Below the pieces are notes generated by a model, which saw only the letters and a list, made by a program, of their open reading frames with translations, did no database searches and was not told the DNA's origin. A program made the position numbers and the translations under genes. A stretch of DNA of 64,000 nucleotides, taken from assembly GCF_009914755.1 (NCBI RefSeq), contig NC_060930.1; one strand, 5' to 3'. Of this stretch, positions 12,811 to 27,710 are shown one piece after another. This DNA is from the human T2T-CHM13v2.0 reference genome, Homo sapiens. Positions within the stretch are counted from its first letter, which is position 1; every line of letters begins with the position of its first letter.

Positions 12811-15170
12811 TTGCAGCTGAAACCTCTGTTAAGCCTTGCAGTTAAGCAAGGCTGATAATCCCAGCAGGCAAAGGGACAGGGTCTGTTGTCTACCTAGTTT
12901 ATTCCTGTATTCTCAGAGCCTAGGGGATATGATATACTCAAATAAATGTTGGTTAAATGACATTTGTGTTACACACAAATAATTGTAAATTGTTGCTTCA
13001 TATTTTGGGATGGCAGCACACTTTTCATAGACCTTTCTCTGACCTTACATTTTGACAATAAAGGAAAGAAAATGTATTATTACATTGGGATAGAAACTTA
13101 CCTGCACACAGCTACTTTGGGACATTTCAGGGTACAGAAGCAACGTGGTCTTCAAGGTCAATGGATTATTTTCCACTCCACTGAAATATCTAAGGTGACA
13201 AGCAAGCTAAACTAATTTGTCTTTCTAAGACACAATATTTCCTGAATAAATAAAGTAACTAGCATTACTTTTATTTATCCTTAGTTATACAAAGTGATTC
13301 AGGATATATTTAGAGTATTAAAGATGGGACTGGACCAAGAGAAAGAAATGTGTATATGCAAATCAATAATTAGGGGTTTATATTAATATCACTCAATGTA
13401 GATCAAGTTGTTGCAGTAAGAAAGACTCTATCGCATAAACCTTGAAAGTAAAAAATGTAGATTTGGGGGAGTTTTTCCACCAAAAGAAGAATTGGATGTC
13501 TTCCAGAGCATCGATGAAGGAATGGTAAGACATAAAAGGAAACTCACTTTCTAATTTGCTTTTCCAATATGCAAAGGGTTAAAGGTAAGCGTGCTCTCCA
13601 TTCATATCAGCTTACAAAGCTGAAGCTAGTACCTGGCAAATGGCCCCCTGATTCATCTCTAGACTGACTTCTTTTGAGGGTAAACAAAACTCTAGGAAAG
13701 GTATGTTTTCTTTTCCTCTTCCTCAAAGTTGGGAAATCTGAGGTCTCTCCAGTGGTGGGTATTGAAAGACAAGTCATCTGGGTGGAGCACAATGTTATCA
13801 ATTTGTTCCTCTGGTAATTTATGAGGTCTTGTGGAATCACCTATTAAAAGCAACCCTGGAATGAGCAGTATTTCATTTAGAATAATGGACAGTTGGTAGC
13901 AGAAGAGGATCTGAGGCATGGGAATAGGAGATTTCAAGGGCCTCAAGATGGTGAAAGAATTAAAAGGGAAGGTGGAGGCCTCCAAAGTCTAGCCCTGTAT
14001 GTGTACTTCATATTTGTTGCAAAGTCTTGAGAAGCAAAGTCTTCCACTCAATAGCCCTGTCTGTTTCTCTGTTTTTCTCTGCTTCTGCATCTGTGTCTCT
14101 GGTTCTTTTTTTAAATATGAATTACATAGTAATATGTGACATATCAAAACTACACAGGTTGCAACTCTGACATCATCCTCAATTTGCCTTGACACCCTGG
14201 AGCAAATTTTTATTCATGTAGAAGTTTCATTGGGTTTCTGGATGCAAAGGAAGAACCAAAGTATTTACCCTTAATATCCTTTTTATAGATATCCTGGAGC
14301 CAGCTTAATTGGCATTTAATGCCCCTTAGGCATTATGACTTTTCATATCACTCATATTTCATAAATAGAAAGGGCAATAAAATCAATTTCTGAGCCAGAA
14401 CCAGAGTCTAGGACCACTGACTCCTACATAATGTGATTTAATTAACAAGATATTGAGAACAAACACACTCAAACAAAAACTAGATTAACTCTACATTGAC
14501 TTGCAGTTCACTTATAAGATGCTTAGTTTCATTTCCAACCTGAAATGGAAAGATCTAAAGCAAGCCCACACGAGTCATACATTAAAGCCTATGTCACCAC
14601 AACCCAAATGGCTTGTCATCTTCTCTGGGTGTTTAATTTGTCCCCAAGTCTCTCTCAGACACTCCAGAGCTGAATTAGCTTGCCACACCCTGATTCTGCT
14701 CACCCACTTCTCAGTTTATCTTATGCAGAGAAATATTATAAACAACATATGCTTCTATTTATTTCCCTCCTTAGGTCACACAATAACATTCTTCAGAGAA
14801 ATAGAACAGTCTAATGCCTCAGTACTAAGATAACTTCAGTTGCTTCCCACATTTGGTTAAATGCTCTTAATGTTTGTAAAAGAACATAAACCTTTGTGAA
14901 GTAGGGGGGAAAAGACTTCAGAAAGAAACAGAAGGCAAATTATACTTTACAGAGCTAGATGATGCAAAGTACATCAGAGTAAATGCACATGATCTAATTG
15001 TGTTGTCAAAGCTCATGGTTTAGAAGACTCTGACTTGGTATAATAAGAACAGCAACATGAAAGCTTCCTTGAGTTTACCTAAGAAGTCTGAAAATATATG
15101 GATCTTCAGATCTGGGACAGAGTGGGGACAGCAGGGAAGTGGATGATAAATAATCTACTGAGAAGAGGGA

Positions 15171-15437
15171 TCTGTCACCCAGGCTGGAGTGCAGTGGCGT
15201 GATCTCGGCTCTCTGCAACCTCCTCTGCCTTTCAGGTTCAAGCAATTATCTTGTCTCAGCCTTCTTAATAGCTGAATTACAGGTGTGCGCCATCATACCT
15301 GGCTAATTTTTGTATTTTTAATAAAGACGGATTTCGCCATGTTGGCCAGGCTGGTCTCAAACTCCTGACCTCAAGTGATCTGCGCGCCTAGGCCTCCCGA
15401 AGTGCTGGGTTACAGGCATGAACCACTGCGCCCAGCC
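15171..15437 (-). mobile_element. AluS lacking its tail end
   Basis: tctgtcacccaggctggagtgcagtggc...cactgcgcccagcc; no poly(T) at the left end. Confidence 0.92.
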
Positions 15438-15995
15438 AAGAAAGTCCTTTTTATTGCTTATAGGGTCCTATGGCATAAGGAAAGCTGTGAATATCTACAA
15501 TAACTTCCAGCCTCAGCCAGATTTTTTTTCAGTAAGAGCAGGTGCCTGGAAACAGAAGGGCTGAAACTAGATCATGCAACAGGTGATCACATAACAGGTT
15601 GGGAAAAATATTTCTACTTTCTACCTTCTGCTCTTGCCTTAGGCCTTGAAGTCCTGGCTTCGATACAATTCTTTTGCTTTGCTATTTTCACTAGCAGAGG
15701 CAAGTTCTTCCCCCCAAAAGTTGTGAGTCCATTTTGATAAGTAAAACTGAACTAAGCTAATTTTAGGTGAAGTGCCCCCCCTATATTTGTATAATGCATT
15801 TAAAATGATTTCAAACCATTTTTTATAACCACTTGTTGTAAGTTCACTATCAAACTTGTGAATTACTCAAGTTATCTCGAGAAATAGGGACAACAAGCAT
15901 TTAAGCAAGATACCCAAAGTGTCACAACACAGAATTGGATGTACAGCTGTGTGTGGTCTCCTGATTGCATATTTGCCCTCTTTCAGGAACATCTG

Positions 15996-16026
<31 letters not shown>

Positions 16027-17003
16027 CTAGCAAATAAGTTAGATCTTACAGATTATTAATTCTTTGATTTTATTTGATAAATGCAGACAGCAAATGCCTG
16101 TCTGAAGCCAGGGTGTTATTCATTGGCAGTGTCAGAATAGCTGGGACTTAGCAGACTTACTGTTTGGCACCCATACCACTGTGATGTAGCACCTTGCATT
16201 AAAAACAGCAAAATGCCCTACAGTCCCGATGCTTCCATTTTCAGAACATTTAGATGGCTATCCTTCTGGAGTTGTGCAGTCCACAACTTGCAAATCCAAA
16301 TAAAGTGGCCATGTATGGCTTATTTCTGTATTGTTGCTACACATCACATATAGGCTGATTAAAGATCAAATTTCCTTGCTTGTTAGTAAAATTATGGCAT
16401 CTCAAGGTGGAAAAAAAATTGTTTAAACTAATGAGACTGTGCGTGCATGAAGAGAAGAAGAACGGGGATAGGTAATTAAAGGAGACTTTGGTGGTGACGA
16501 GATTAGGAACTAGGTCCTGAACTTACCCTACAGACATCTGGGGTTTGTGAGCCAAGGACAAGAGTTTAGTGAAATGGGAGAGACATCTATGGTAACTATG
16601 GGGACAAGTAGAGCCTAGAAGGGGAAACAAAGCAAAATACTTTCTTCACATGTTTATAGTGGTGTTCATATTGAGGTGGATTAGAAAGATAGTTTCTAAT
16701 CTTAGATTGAAAGGCACCTCAAGAAGCCATCTCTGTTTTGGTTTTTTAATGTATTTTTAATTTAGGGAACAATGGCTTTGTCTCATTTTATACATAAATC
16801 CATTTAAGTAATCAACCACGCTATAATAGGGTTCTACTATAAATCATATGAGAACCAAACATTACTTACTATTTTTTAACACAGGAAAAAAGTCTTTAAG
16901 ATCATGTTTGGAAATATGACATTTAAGGTTTTAAAAAAATTTTATAAAAATTCCAAGAAAAATATTCCATTTACAAGAGCTGCAAGAAAAGTAAGATACT
17001 TAG

Positions 17004-17370
17004 TGACATGGTTTGGATCTGTGTCCCCACCCAAATCTCATGTTCAGTTGTAATCCCCAATGTTGGATATGGGGCCTGGATGTTCCCCTGGATGCTGTGT
17101 TACAATAGTGAGTGCGTGCTCAAGAGATTTGGTTGTTTAAAAATGTGTAGCACCTCCTCCCTCTCTCTCGGTCCTGCTCCTGCTGTGTAAGAGCCCTGCT
17201 CCCTCTTTGTCTTCCATCATTCTTGGAAGCTCTCTGAGGCCTCCACAGAAGCAGAAGCCACTATGCTTCCCGTACAGTCTGCAGAGCCATGAGACAATGA
17301 ATCTTCTTTTCTTTATAAATTACCCAGTCTCAGGTATTTCTTTATAGCAATGGAAGAACAGACTAATACA
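17004..17370 (+). mobile_element. MSTA solo LTR
   Basis: tgacatggtttggatctgtgtccccacccaaatctcatg...gactaataca; perfect TSD cttag. Confidence 0.9.
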
Positions 17371-18782
17371 CTTAGGAATAAACTTAACTAAGAAAGTGAA
17401 AGATCTCTACCCCGAAAAACTACAAAACATTGATGAAAGAAATTGAGAAGGACACAAATAAATGGGAAGATAACCTATGTTTGTGGATTGGAAGAATTAA
17501 TATTCTGAAAATGGCCATAAAACCCAAAGTGATCTACAGGTTTAAGGCAATGCCTGTTAAATATCAATGATATTTTTTACAGAATTAGAAAAACAATCCT
17601 GAAATTTATATGAACCACAAAGACCCTAAATAGCTAAAGCAATTCTGATAAAAAAGAAGGAAGGCTTAGACATCACATTATGTGACTTCAAAATATGCTA
17701 CAAAGCTAATGTAACCAAAACAGCATAAAAACAGAAACATTGACCAATGGAACAGAATAGAAAGCTCAGAAATAAATTAACAAACCTACAGCCAACAGCC
17801 AATTGATTTTCAACAAAGGTGCCAAGAATCCACACTGGAGAAAGGACAATCTCTTCAATAAATGGTGTGGAGGAAAATTGAGAAAAAGAAAAGTTAAAAA
17901 AAATTAAAAAGTCACATCTCCCGCATGCAGAAAAATGAGACTAAATCCCTACCTCTCACCATATACAAAACTCAGTTAAAATGAATTAAAGACTTAAATT
18001 AAAGGCTTGAAACTATGAAACTACTAGAAGAAAACATAGGGGAAACATTTCATGACGTGGGGTTGGGCAATGATTTTTGAAATAAAACTTCAAAAGCACA
18101 AGTGACAAAAAAACAAATGAGATTATATAAAACTAAAAAGCTTTTGTACAGCAAAGGGATCTATAAGCAGAGTGAAGGGACAACCTACATAATGGGAGAA
18201 AATATCTGCAAACTATCCATCTGGCAAGGGTTAATATTCAGAATATATAAGGAGCTTGAAAAACTCAACAGCAAAGAAACAAATAACATAACTTAAAAAT
18301 GAGAAAAACACCTGAGCAGACATTTCTCAAAAAAAGACACACAAATGCCCAACAGGTATATGAAAAGATACCCTAATCATCAGAGAAATGCAAATGAAAA
18401 CCACAGTGAGATACCACCTCACTCCAGTTAGAATAGCTATTATCAAAAAGATGAAAGGAAACAAGTGTAGGCAGGTATGTGGAGAAAAAGAGACATTTAC
18501 ACACTGTTAGTGAGATTGTAAATTAGTACAGCCATTATGGAAAACAAAGGTGCCAAGAGTATACATTGGAGAAAGGACAGTATGAAGATTCCTCCAAAAA
18601 TTAAAAATAGAATTACCATATGGTCCAACAATCCCACTACTAGGTATATATCCATAGGAAATTAAACCAGTGTGTCAAAGAGATGTCTCCACTCTCATGT
18701 TTATTGCAGCACTTTTTACAATAGCCAAGATATGGAATCAATCTAAGTGTTAAACAATGAATGAATAGATAAAGAAAATGTG

Positions 18783-19095
<313 letters not shown>

Positions 19096-19220
19096 GGAAA
19101 ATGGGGATACCATTCTACGATTAAAAAAAAAGAAATCTTGTCATCTGTGACCATATGGATGAACCTGGAGGACATTATGTTAAGTTAAATAAGCCAGACA
19201 CAGAAAGACAAATACCACAT

Positions 19221-19598
19221 TGACATGATTTGGCTGTGCCCCCACCCAAATCTCATCTTGAATTGTAATTCCCATAATCCCCAGGTGTCATGGGAGGGAC
19301 CTGGTGAGAGGTAATTGAATCATAGGGGTGGTTACCCCCATGCTGCTGTTCTCATGACAGTGAGTGAGTTCTCACGAGATTTGATGATTTTATAAGAGGC
19401 TTTTCCCTCTTTTGCTCAGCCTTCTCCTTGCTGTTGCCATGTGAAGAAGGATGTGTTTGCTTCCCCTTCTGCCATGATTGTAAGTTTTCTGAAGCCTCTC
19501 CAGCCATGCCAAACTGTGAGTTAATTAAACCTCTTTCCTTTATAAATTACCCAATCTCAGGTATGCCTTTATTAGGAGCATGAGAATGGACTAATACA
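19221..19598 (+). mobile_element. THE1D-like solo LTR
   Basis: tgacatgatttggctgtg...ggactaataca; perfect TSD cacat. Confidence 0.9.
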
Positions 19599-21139
19599 CA
19601 CATGATCTTACTCATATGTGGAATTTTTTTAAAAGTCAGTATCATAGAAGTAGAGAGTAGAACAGTGTTTACCAGAGAACGGGGAAGGAAGAGGGGATGA
19701 GGAAGATGGAGAGAGCTTAGTCAAGGACTCAAAGTTGCAATTAGATAGGAGGAATACGTTCTGGTGTTCTCTTGCATAGTAAGGTGACTATGGTTAACAG
19801 TAAGGTATTATATAATCACAAAATTGCTAGAAGAGAGGACTTTGAATGTTCTCACCTCAAGGAAATGATAAATGCATGAGGTGATGGATAAACTAACTAT
19901 CCTGATTTGATTATTAAACAGCATAGATATGTATCAAAACATGAAATTGCATCCATACATATGTACAATTACAACGTGTCAATTAAAAAATTTAAAAAAT
20001 CGATATCTCTCATGGAAGTCCAAGTCGTTTACTGATACTGGTTCTGAATTTGTCCAGATGCATTAAATACTTGATTGATATTAATATCAATATTAGACTC
20101 AGAATGGGCTGCTAACGAGCCAAGAACTAAGGAATTTAGTTCTTGTCATTCAGGTGCACTGGGGGAGAAAAAAAGCAATGCAATTGGAGTCAGTCCCTGA
20201 AATACAACCACTTGAAGAATGCACTGTCACAGGGGACAGCAGGGCCAATACTTGTGTCCTGTGAACTTGAGAGGCCATGCTCTGCTTTGACCTCTCCCAA
20301 CCTGTTTGCCTCTGGCTGCACCACTGTGCTCTCTTCCCAGCTCTCTCTGGCGTTGCCACTGTTGGCTGCCTCCTGCTGTGGCCCGAGCCATGCTGGCCTT
20401 GGTCCACTGGTTTAGTTGTGACCCTGTGCCTCATGGCCCTGGCTCACTTGCTCAGCCTCTTATCCTCCTGGACTCTCTTGGGAATAAGAACAGAGGAATA
20501 CTAAAATACTGAGGACAAGATACATTTGGAGGATTTTTTTTAATTAATGAAAGTTACCATTGCAGTAGCACCATGTAGCATATAATTATTAAATACTCTG
20601 TAATAAGATCTTACATATGTGTCTACTATCTTCCCCTCTGAATACATTTATATTTTCAAGAGTTTGAAGCAAGATTACATGAAATAAAATTCATGCAATA
20701 GTGATACTAAATAGAAGAGTAAAATCTAAAACCAAAAGGCAATAAACATTTTTAATAATAGGCAGCAACAAATGACAGAAACTTACAGAGGTCTACTGTT
20801 TGTACCAAAGTTTGTACCAAACTTAAATATTTCAGGTTAGTTTAAGATTTTGTGACCAATATGTGTTAATAATGGCTCAGGAAATAAGGACTTGATACCT
20901 TAATTATCAAGGTAGAAGTAGCTTAGTGGTAGAGCAAGTGTCTGGAAGTATGAACTGATGCCAGACATGATGAATTTTCAATTAAGATATCAGCAGTTAT
21001 GCTCAAACCCTCCTGGGAACTGAAAAAGCAACTTTTATGCTGTGAGTTTCCATATTTGCCTTGGCTCCTCTAACATAAATTCTTTCTTTCTGTATTTTTT
21101 TTTATAGAATCGAGTTCTGTTTTTACAAAATCATTGCAC

Positions 21140-23210
21140 ATTAGAAAATGTTTCATTAGGTAAAATTTCAAACATTTAAAAGTAGAGAGAGTAGCATGCT
21201 AAGCACTCCTGTACCATTACCCAGCTTCAATAATTATAACCTCGTGGATAATCTTGCTTCATCAGCACTCCTTGCTCTGCCCATCTAGATTACATAGAAG
21301 CCAATTCCAGGCATCATATCATTTCCTTATGTATCTCTAGAAGGTATAAACTATTTATGTAAATATACCAGTAATACTATCACAACACCTTGAAAATAAT
21401 AATTCATTATTATAAAACAGGTCAGTGTTCAAAAACTTCCAATTGTCTTGTAAAATTTTTTTAACATTTTAAAATCAGAAACAAAATTAAATCAATGTAC
21501 AACCAATTGTAATTGGTTGATTTGTCTTCTAAAATTTTTTTGAAATGGAGCTATTATTTATATATGGCACTATTCGCCCTTTTAAGTATACGATTTTACA
21601 AGTGTCGACAAACATAGTCTTGTAATCACCATCTCAACCAAGATATACAATATTTCTATCACTCCCAAAACTTTTCTTGTGTCCCTTAGTTGTCAGTTCT
21701 CCCTACCCTCAGGCCCTGGCAGGGACTAAGCATTTTTTTTTTTTTTCTGTCTCTATAGGCTTGCCTTTTCCCAAATGTCATACAAATGGAATCACACCAT
21801 ATAGCCTTTTGAGTCTGGCTTCTTTCACTTAGTATATTGTGTTAATGATTAACCTATGTCACTGTATGTATTAGTAATTTCTCCCTTTTTATTGCTGAGC
21901 AGTATTCTGTTATGTGGATATAACACAGTTTGCCTCATCATCTACCTGTTGAAAGACTTTTGGGTGGTTTTCAGTTTTTTGCAATTATGACTAAAAGCTC
22001 TCTAAACATTAATGTATAGGCTTTTGTATGAATATAATTTTTAATTCATTTAGGGAAATATCTAAGAATATGATTGCTGGGTCCCATGGTAAGTACATTT
22101 TTAGCTTTATAGGAAACCGCTAATGTTCCATCTTCATTCTCACCAGCAGTGTGAGAGTTCTATTTGCTCTGCATCCTCACCGGTATTATTAAACTCTAAC
22201 CATTGTAACAGATATAAAATAGAAACCTGTTGTGGTTGTAATTCACATTTTTCTAATAAGTGATGATGTTGAGCATCTTTTTATGTGCTTATTTGCCATT
22301 TATATCTGCACTTTGGTCAAGTGTCTGTTTGGTTTACTTGCCCCTCTCCCGCTTTCTTTGTAAAGAGATGGGGTCCTGCCCTGTTGCCCAGCCTGGAGTG
22401 CAGTGGCATGATCATAGCTCACTGCAAACTTGAACTCCTGAGCTCAAGTGATTTTCCAACCTCAGCCCCCTGAGTAGCTAGATGTGCTCCACCACTCTTA
22501 GCTAATACTTTTAGTTTATGTAGAGATGGGGTCTCACTATGTTGCCCAGGCTGGTCTCAAACTCCTGGCCTCAAAGAATTTTCCTGCTTTGGCCTTTCAA
22601 AGTGCTGGAATTACAGGCATGATCCACTATGCCTAGCTTATTGCTCATTTTTTAAATGGAGCAGTTTTTCTTAATATTCTTTTGAAAATTCTTCATATAG
22701 CCTAGATAAAAGCCCACTAGTAGGTGTGTTTTATAAATATTTACTTTGTCTGTGGCTTGTATTTTCATTCCCTTAACAATGTCTTTTAAGAGTAAACGTT
22801 TTCATTTCGATGAAATCCATGTTAATCTGTAGGTTCTCCCTTTCTCTTTTATAATTCCTAAAAATGTATTTGTTGATGCAACCAAGCCGTGGGCCACACA
22901 CTGCAATTAGTTGATGTATCTCTTAAGTCTCCTTAACCCTTCTTCTTCCATCTTTCTCACTCTCTCTCTTTTTTAATCCCTTGAAATTTATTCATTGAAG
23001 AAACCAGGTCATTTGTCTAATAGAATTTCTCTTAGTCTGAAGTTTACTGATTCCCACCACTCCCGTATTTCCTGCAAACTGATAGTTAGATCCAGAGGCT
23101 TGATGAGAATGAAGATCAATTTTGTAGTAAGAATACTGCATAGGTATACTTCAGCCAGGAAGCACATATGTCTGATGACTTTTGGGAACATTAGCAGCCA
23201 TTAAAGATTA
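21140..23210 (-). mobile_element. Old L1M (L1MB/MC/ME-type) 3'-end fragments, probably two nested copies
   Basis: Antisense L1 3' motifs (ttttgagtctggcttctttcacttag; gatgttgagcatctttttatgtgcttatttgccatt; gaagaaaccaggtcatttgtc). Confidence 0.7.
22352..22638 (-). mobile_element. AluJ
   Basis: atcatagctcactgca and gtagagatggggtctcactatgttgcccaggctgg are AluJ diagnostics. Confidence 0.9.
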
Positions 23211-24798
23211 TGGCTATTTATATATTTTTGTCAAGCAACAACAGCTGTAATCAAATTCTGTTTCTTCTTGAGAATTTTATTCATCTCTTACTATAATTTG
23301 ACAAAAAAGTGCTATAACATCTTATAGTGTAAGAAATACTCTTCATATAGTATTTTGATTGGCCCTACCAACAACTTATTTAATAGACTTTACTCTTATC
23401 TCAGTTTTTCCCATGAAGTTACTGCAGTTCTGAGACAATAAATAACTTTTCTGAAATCACATGCAGCCAGAAGAAAGGGAATTTTATGAACCTGGATCCC
23501 ATGTTCTTTACATCAGAAAATATTATCTCCTTATCAATTATATGTCATTGAATCATTTGAAAATTTTCATTGAGCACCTGTTATCTATTAAAACACTAAA
23601 AGTCAAAGTGGTTAGTAAAACTGACATTGTCCCTACCTGCATAGTGTTTACAGTGTAGTTAGAGAGATGGGCATTAAATAAATAATAACATACATAAATA
23701 CCCAATTATCACCTCCTGTGATAAATGCTCTCATATGTTTGTTTTATAGATATTTTAGAACAGCTATTTTATGAGATATTTTTAAATTGTTATTTAGCCT
23801 GATTCTTCATCTCCCTATCACCATTTCAGAAGGCTTACACTATTACTGAAATGAATGTTTTCCTGCCCTTTGAACTGGAAGGAAAATACCTTCCCCAACA
23901 CACATATGACCTCTATTCAACACTGAGAAAGTAGTAGAATCTCATGAAATATATATTTATTGGTTAACCAGTTATTTAACTAGTCTTATATATATGTTAG
24001 TACTTCATTTCTACAGAACTTAATTGTCTTTAAAATTTGCCTAATCAGGAAAGCAGCCAATACCCCAGAAGCCAAAAAGGACTAAAATAGATATACAAAG
24101 AACAATCAAAATATGTAAAAATACTCTGAAACAAAATGCATACTTTTTTTCATAGAGGGATTCCATTTAACCATTTAAAACCTAAATTCTCTTAAAAATA
24201 TGAGAATTTTTTGCACACAGTAGTTTTGAGTGTGGCTTTTTAATATCTTAACCTACCACAGAGTAGAGGCCACAAATTGAAATGTGATAATAGGATTGAA
24301 ATAAGCACATATATACTAAAAGCAAGAAGAAAGAATTGCCTGAGAGTCTGGGGGAAGAGGAGAAGGTAGAAAAATTTAAACAGAAAATCTTCTAAAAAAG
24401 CCACACATCTGTCTTGTGACTACACATTTCTATCAATCCTGAGGGCAGTGCTGTAACTGATGTTTGTAATAACATTCTGTAGCACATCAGAAAAAGTTGA
24501 CATGTCCAATGAATTCTGTTTAAAAAGATAGAAGCATGTGTATTTATTAAAATTACTATTTAAAATGGTTAAAACAGAAAACACAGCCAAACCATTTTAA
24601 AGCTAAAAGAGTAACCCTTAGTTACCTACATTCCTTGGCTTTTTAGATTTAATTTTCAGAGGTTTGTGAATAGTCAGGTTTTCATTGGAAACTTAGAATC
24701 ATTTCTAAATGAAACCAATAATTCTTAGCGCTCTGGTTAATCAACTTGTATTGACACAGATCCTCGAGGACACTCTCAATTCAAAGTCAAAAATCACG

Positions 24799-25128
<330 letters not shown>

Positions 25129-27179
25129 AAAATCATCTTTATTAACTCACCTCTATTTCTTCAGCATTGGCTCAAAATGGAGTTTATCCATTTACAAGAC
25201 TAAAATCCTTTGACTTCCTATTTAAGAGTGATCTGCTCAGTGTAGTTCATTCAACACACATTTACTGAGTGATTACTATTTGCCAGGCTATGACTATTCC
25301 TTTACGAGGAATAAGAAAGTACGAGGTAAAACTGGTTTACTGTTTCACTGCTATATTCTCTTTCACATAAATGACAAAAAAAGATGTTAGAAACAAGTTC
25401 TGAATTTTTGCATCATTTCTGATCTATTGTAATCTATTGATTTAATAAGGATGCATGGGCCAAGTTTATGATTTCAATATAAATAGCAGGCTTTCAATGT
25501 GGATTCAGAGACTTTATCACAAAGCTACTTGCAAACATAGAGTGGGTAGGAGCTGATAGATTAATTTCCACTCCTAATTGCAATTAGTAAATTGTCACAA
25601 TGATTGTATTGATAAAATGCATGTTTTCTTGTCATAGCAAACAGTAAAGGACACATTCTTATGGGAATGACAGGTGGCTAATAGCTTAATCTACTAACTA
25701 GTGACAGTAAAATAATAATATATAGTACTATTTAATAGTAATTATAATTATTACTTAATAATATTATATAATGAAATATAATGTATAATAATATTCCCTG
25801 ATGATTACCAATGATACCCCAACCCAAACTGTCATTTGGTGTCCAGTCGATGCTTTATAACCCCACTGTGATGAGTAAATTATTTAACATTAGCAACGTG
25901 GTAAGTTCTCTGGGATAATTCTTTCATGGCTACCTTATCCAGGCAGGCCCATCCAGATACAGGCTGCTCAAAAAAGAACTATTCTACAGGCACCATACAT
26001 TTCTCATAAGTACTTTTATATGCATGCATGATACAATCACAGTGTAGGACGTTTAACAGAAAATTGGTTACATTATTTCTTGTCTCTCCCCAAATGAAAT
26101 CTGGGACATTATGACAATTTATTTTTCTAAGGATGATCTTGGTTCTGCCTATTGAAATGTCCTCACTCACCTCCAAGAGGAAGGGGGATGGCTTCAGAAA
26201 ATGTCTTTAAGTGTTTTTATTTTTCACGAGTTATTTATTGCAACACTAGCTCTTCCCTGCAGGAAGCTATATAATTGTGTGCTTAATTGGTAACATAGAA
26301 GAATTCCTAGCTACTTCCTAGAGAATATACTGTTGAATTCCTTGTCACTCAAGTATCTGTTAAAAACTCAACCGTGGGAAACAATGTCTATGGATGCCTT
26401 TGGGAAAATACACATTTTACCTATTATTTCATCTTTTTTCTCACTTTGTCAAGTAGTAGGTACCCCACAAAAATTGTTGATTGAATACATGAATAAAATC
26501 TTTCATTGAATTAAATCTCTTAAAAGCTGAAACATGTAACTCCAGAAGATATTTTTTGGCCCCCTAGTGAATTGTTGTTCCTGAATTCTATTTGGTGTGA
26601 TGCTCTGGACTTGCACTGATAATTTCTCTTTGCAGCCTCCTATGGAACTCATGTTATTACATATCTCACTCTCTATAAACTACCTCAACATTTCTTTTCT
26701 GGTGCTAATGTGAGGAAGATAAGGCAGGCTTATCTTGAGAAATGGATTTGTTTTTATTTTACGGATATTATGAATTGGGTCACCAATCAGATTTCCCTTT
26801 TCTGATTCACTGTCACAGAGAAAAATTTATGGCTCAAAACGACAGTATGATTGCATCTTTCATTTAACTCATTTCCACTTCTAGTTTTTGCCCCCATGTT
26901 TGTTTTTCCTTATTTATTCTCATAGAATTTGTAGTTTATGATTTATTGGCATATTTTATTTGTAGCTTATTGCTATATTTTATGTTGCCCTTTAAAGATC
27001 TTAAATCTCTTTTGAAATAAGATAAAGTATTGATAAATAAAGTTTAATCCATCAATTAAACAAAACATATTCTATTGTATAGAAGAATCTGACAGTTGTT
27101 AGTCTGCACTTTTAAAAGCCACTGAGACAAGACAATCTTGGGAAGAATATTTATTATTTGTCTACTAACCACCCCTGCC

Positions 27180-27710
27180 TCCTTCTGAAAAAAAAGCAAC
27201 TCATTCTTCTGGAAACTACTCCTCCTTCCACTGCAACTCTGCCTCCTAGAAATGTTGAGGACTCTAAGGATGGGTAACCAAACCAAGCCATTCAAATCAC
27301 GGGCATTCCTTGGGTTGTTTTTGTTGTTTGTTGGGGAGTTGGTGTGGTGTGTGTTAGGCAATCTTGTCCTGTGATGGAATTGAGATGTAAAACTTAGGAA
27401 CTGTCAGTGATCATATTTCCTGCCATGAAGAGAAAGACTGACTCAGTGTGAGACAAAGTTGGCACAGAGGGGAGGCGGGGAAGAGAGAGAGAAAGAATGT
27501 AAGTGAGAGAGAGAAAGTAAATGAAAGAGAAACCTGGCATCATTCAAGTTCCTGACACATTCAGTTCCTGAGACCCAACTCAGTGCTTTCTTTCACATGG
27601 TTTGGATATTCACTGCTTCTTTAGATTTTGGGAGATAACAAATTCCTCTTTCTCAATATGGGTTCAAATTGAGTTTCTATCACTTTCAAGCAGGAGTCCT
27701 TAATGATAGA
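27180..27710 (+). mobile_element. Highly diverged MLT1 (J/K/L-like) LTR
   Basis: 3' motif ataacaaattcctcttt...gagtttctatcactttcaagcaggagtccttaat resembles old MLT1 ends. Confidence 0.45.

Noticed and set aside
12514-15437. Inverted Alu pair ~2.4 kb apart as a dsRNA/editing substrate
   Set aside because: A common arrangement, and there is no evidence the region is transcribed.
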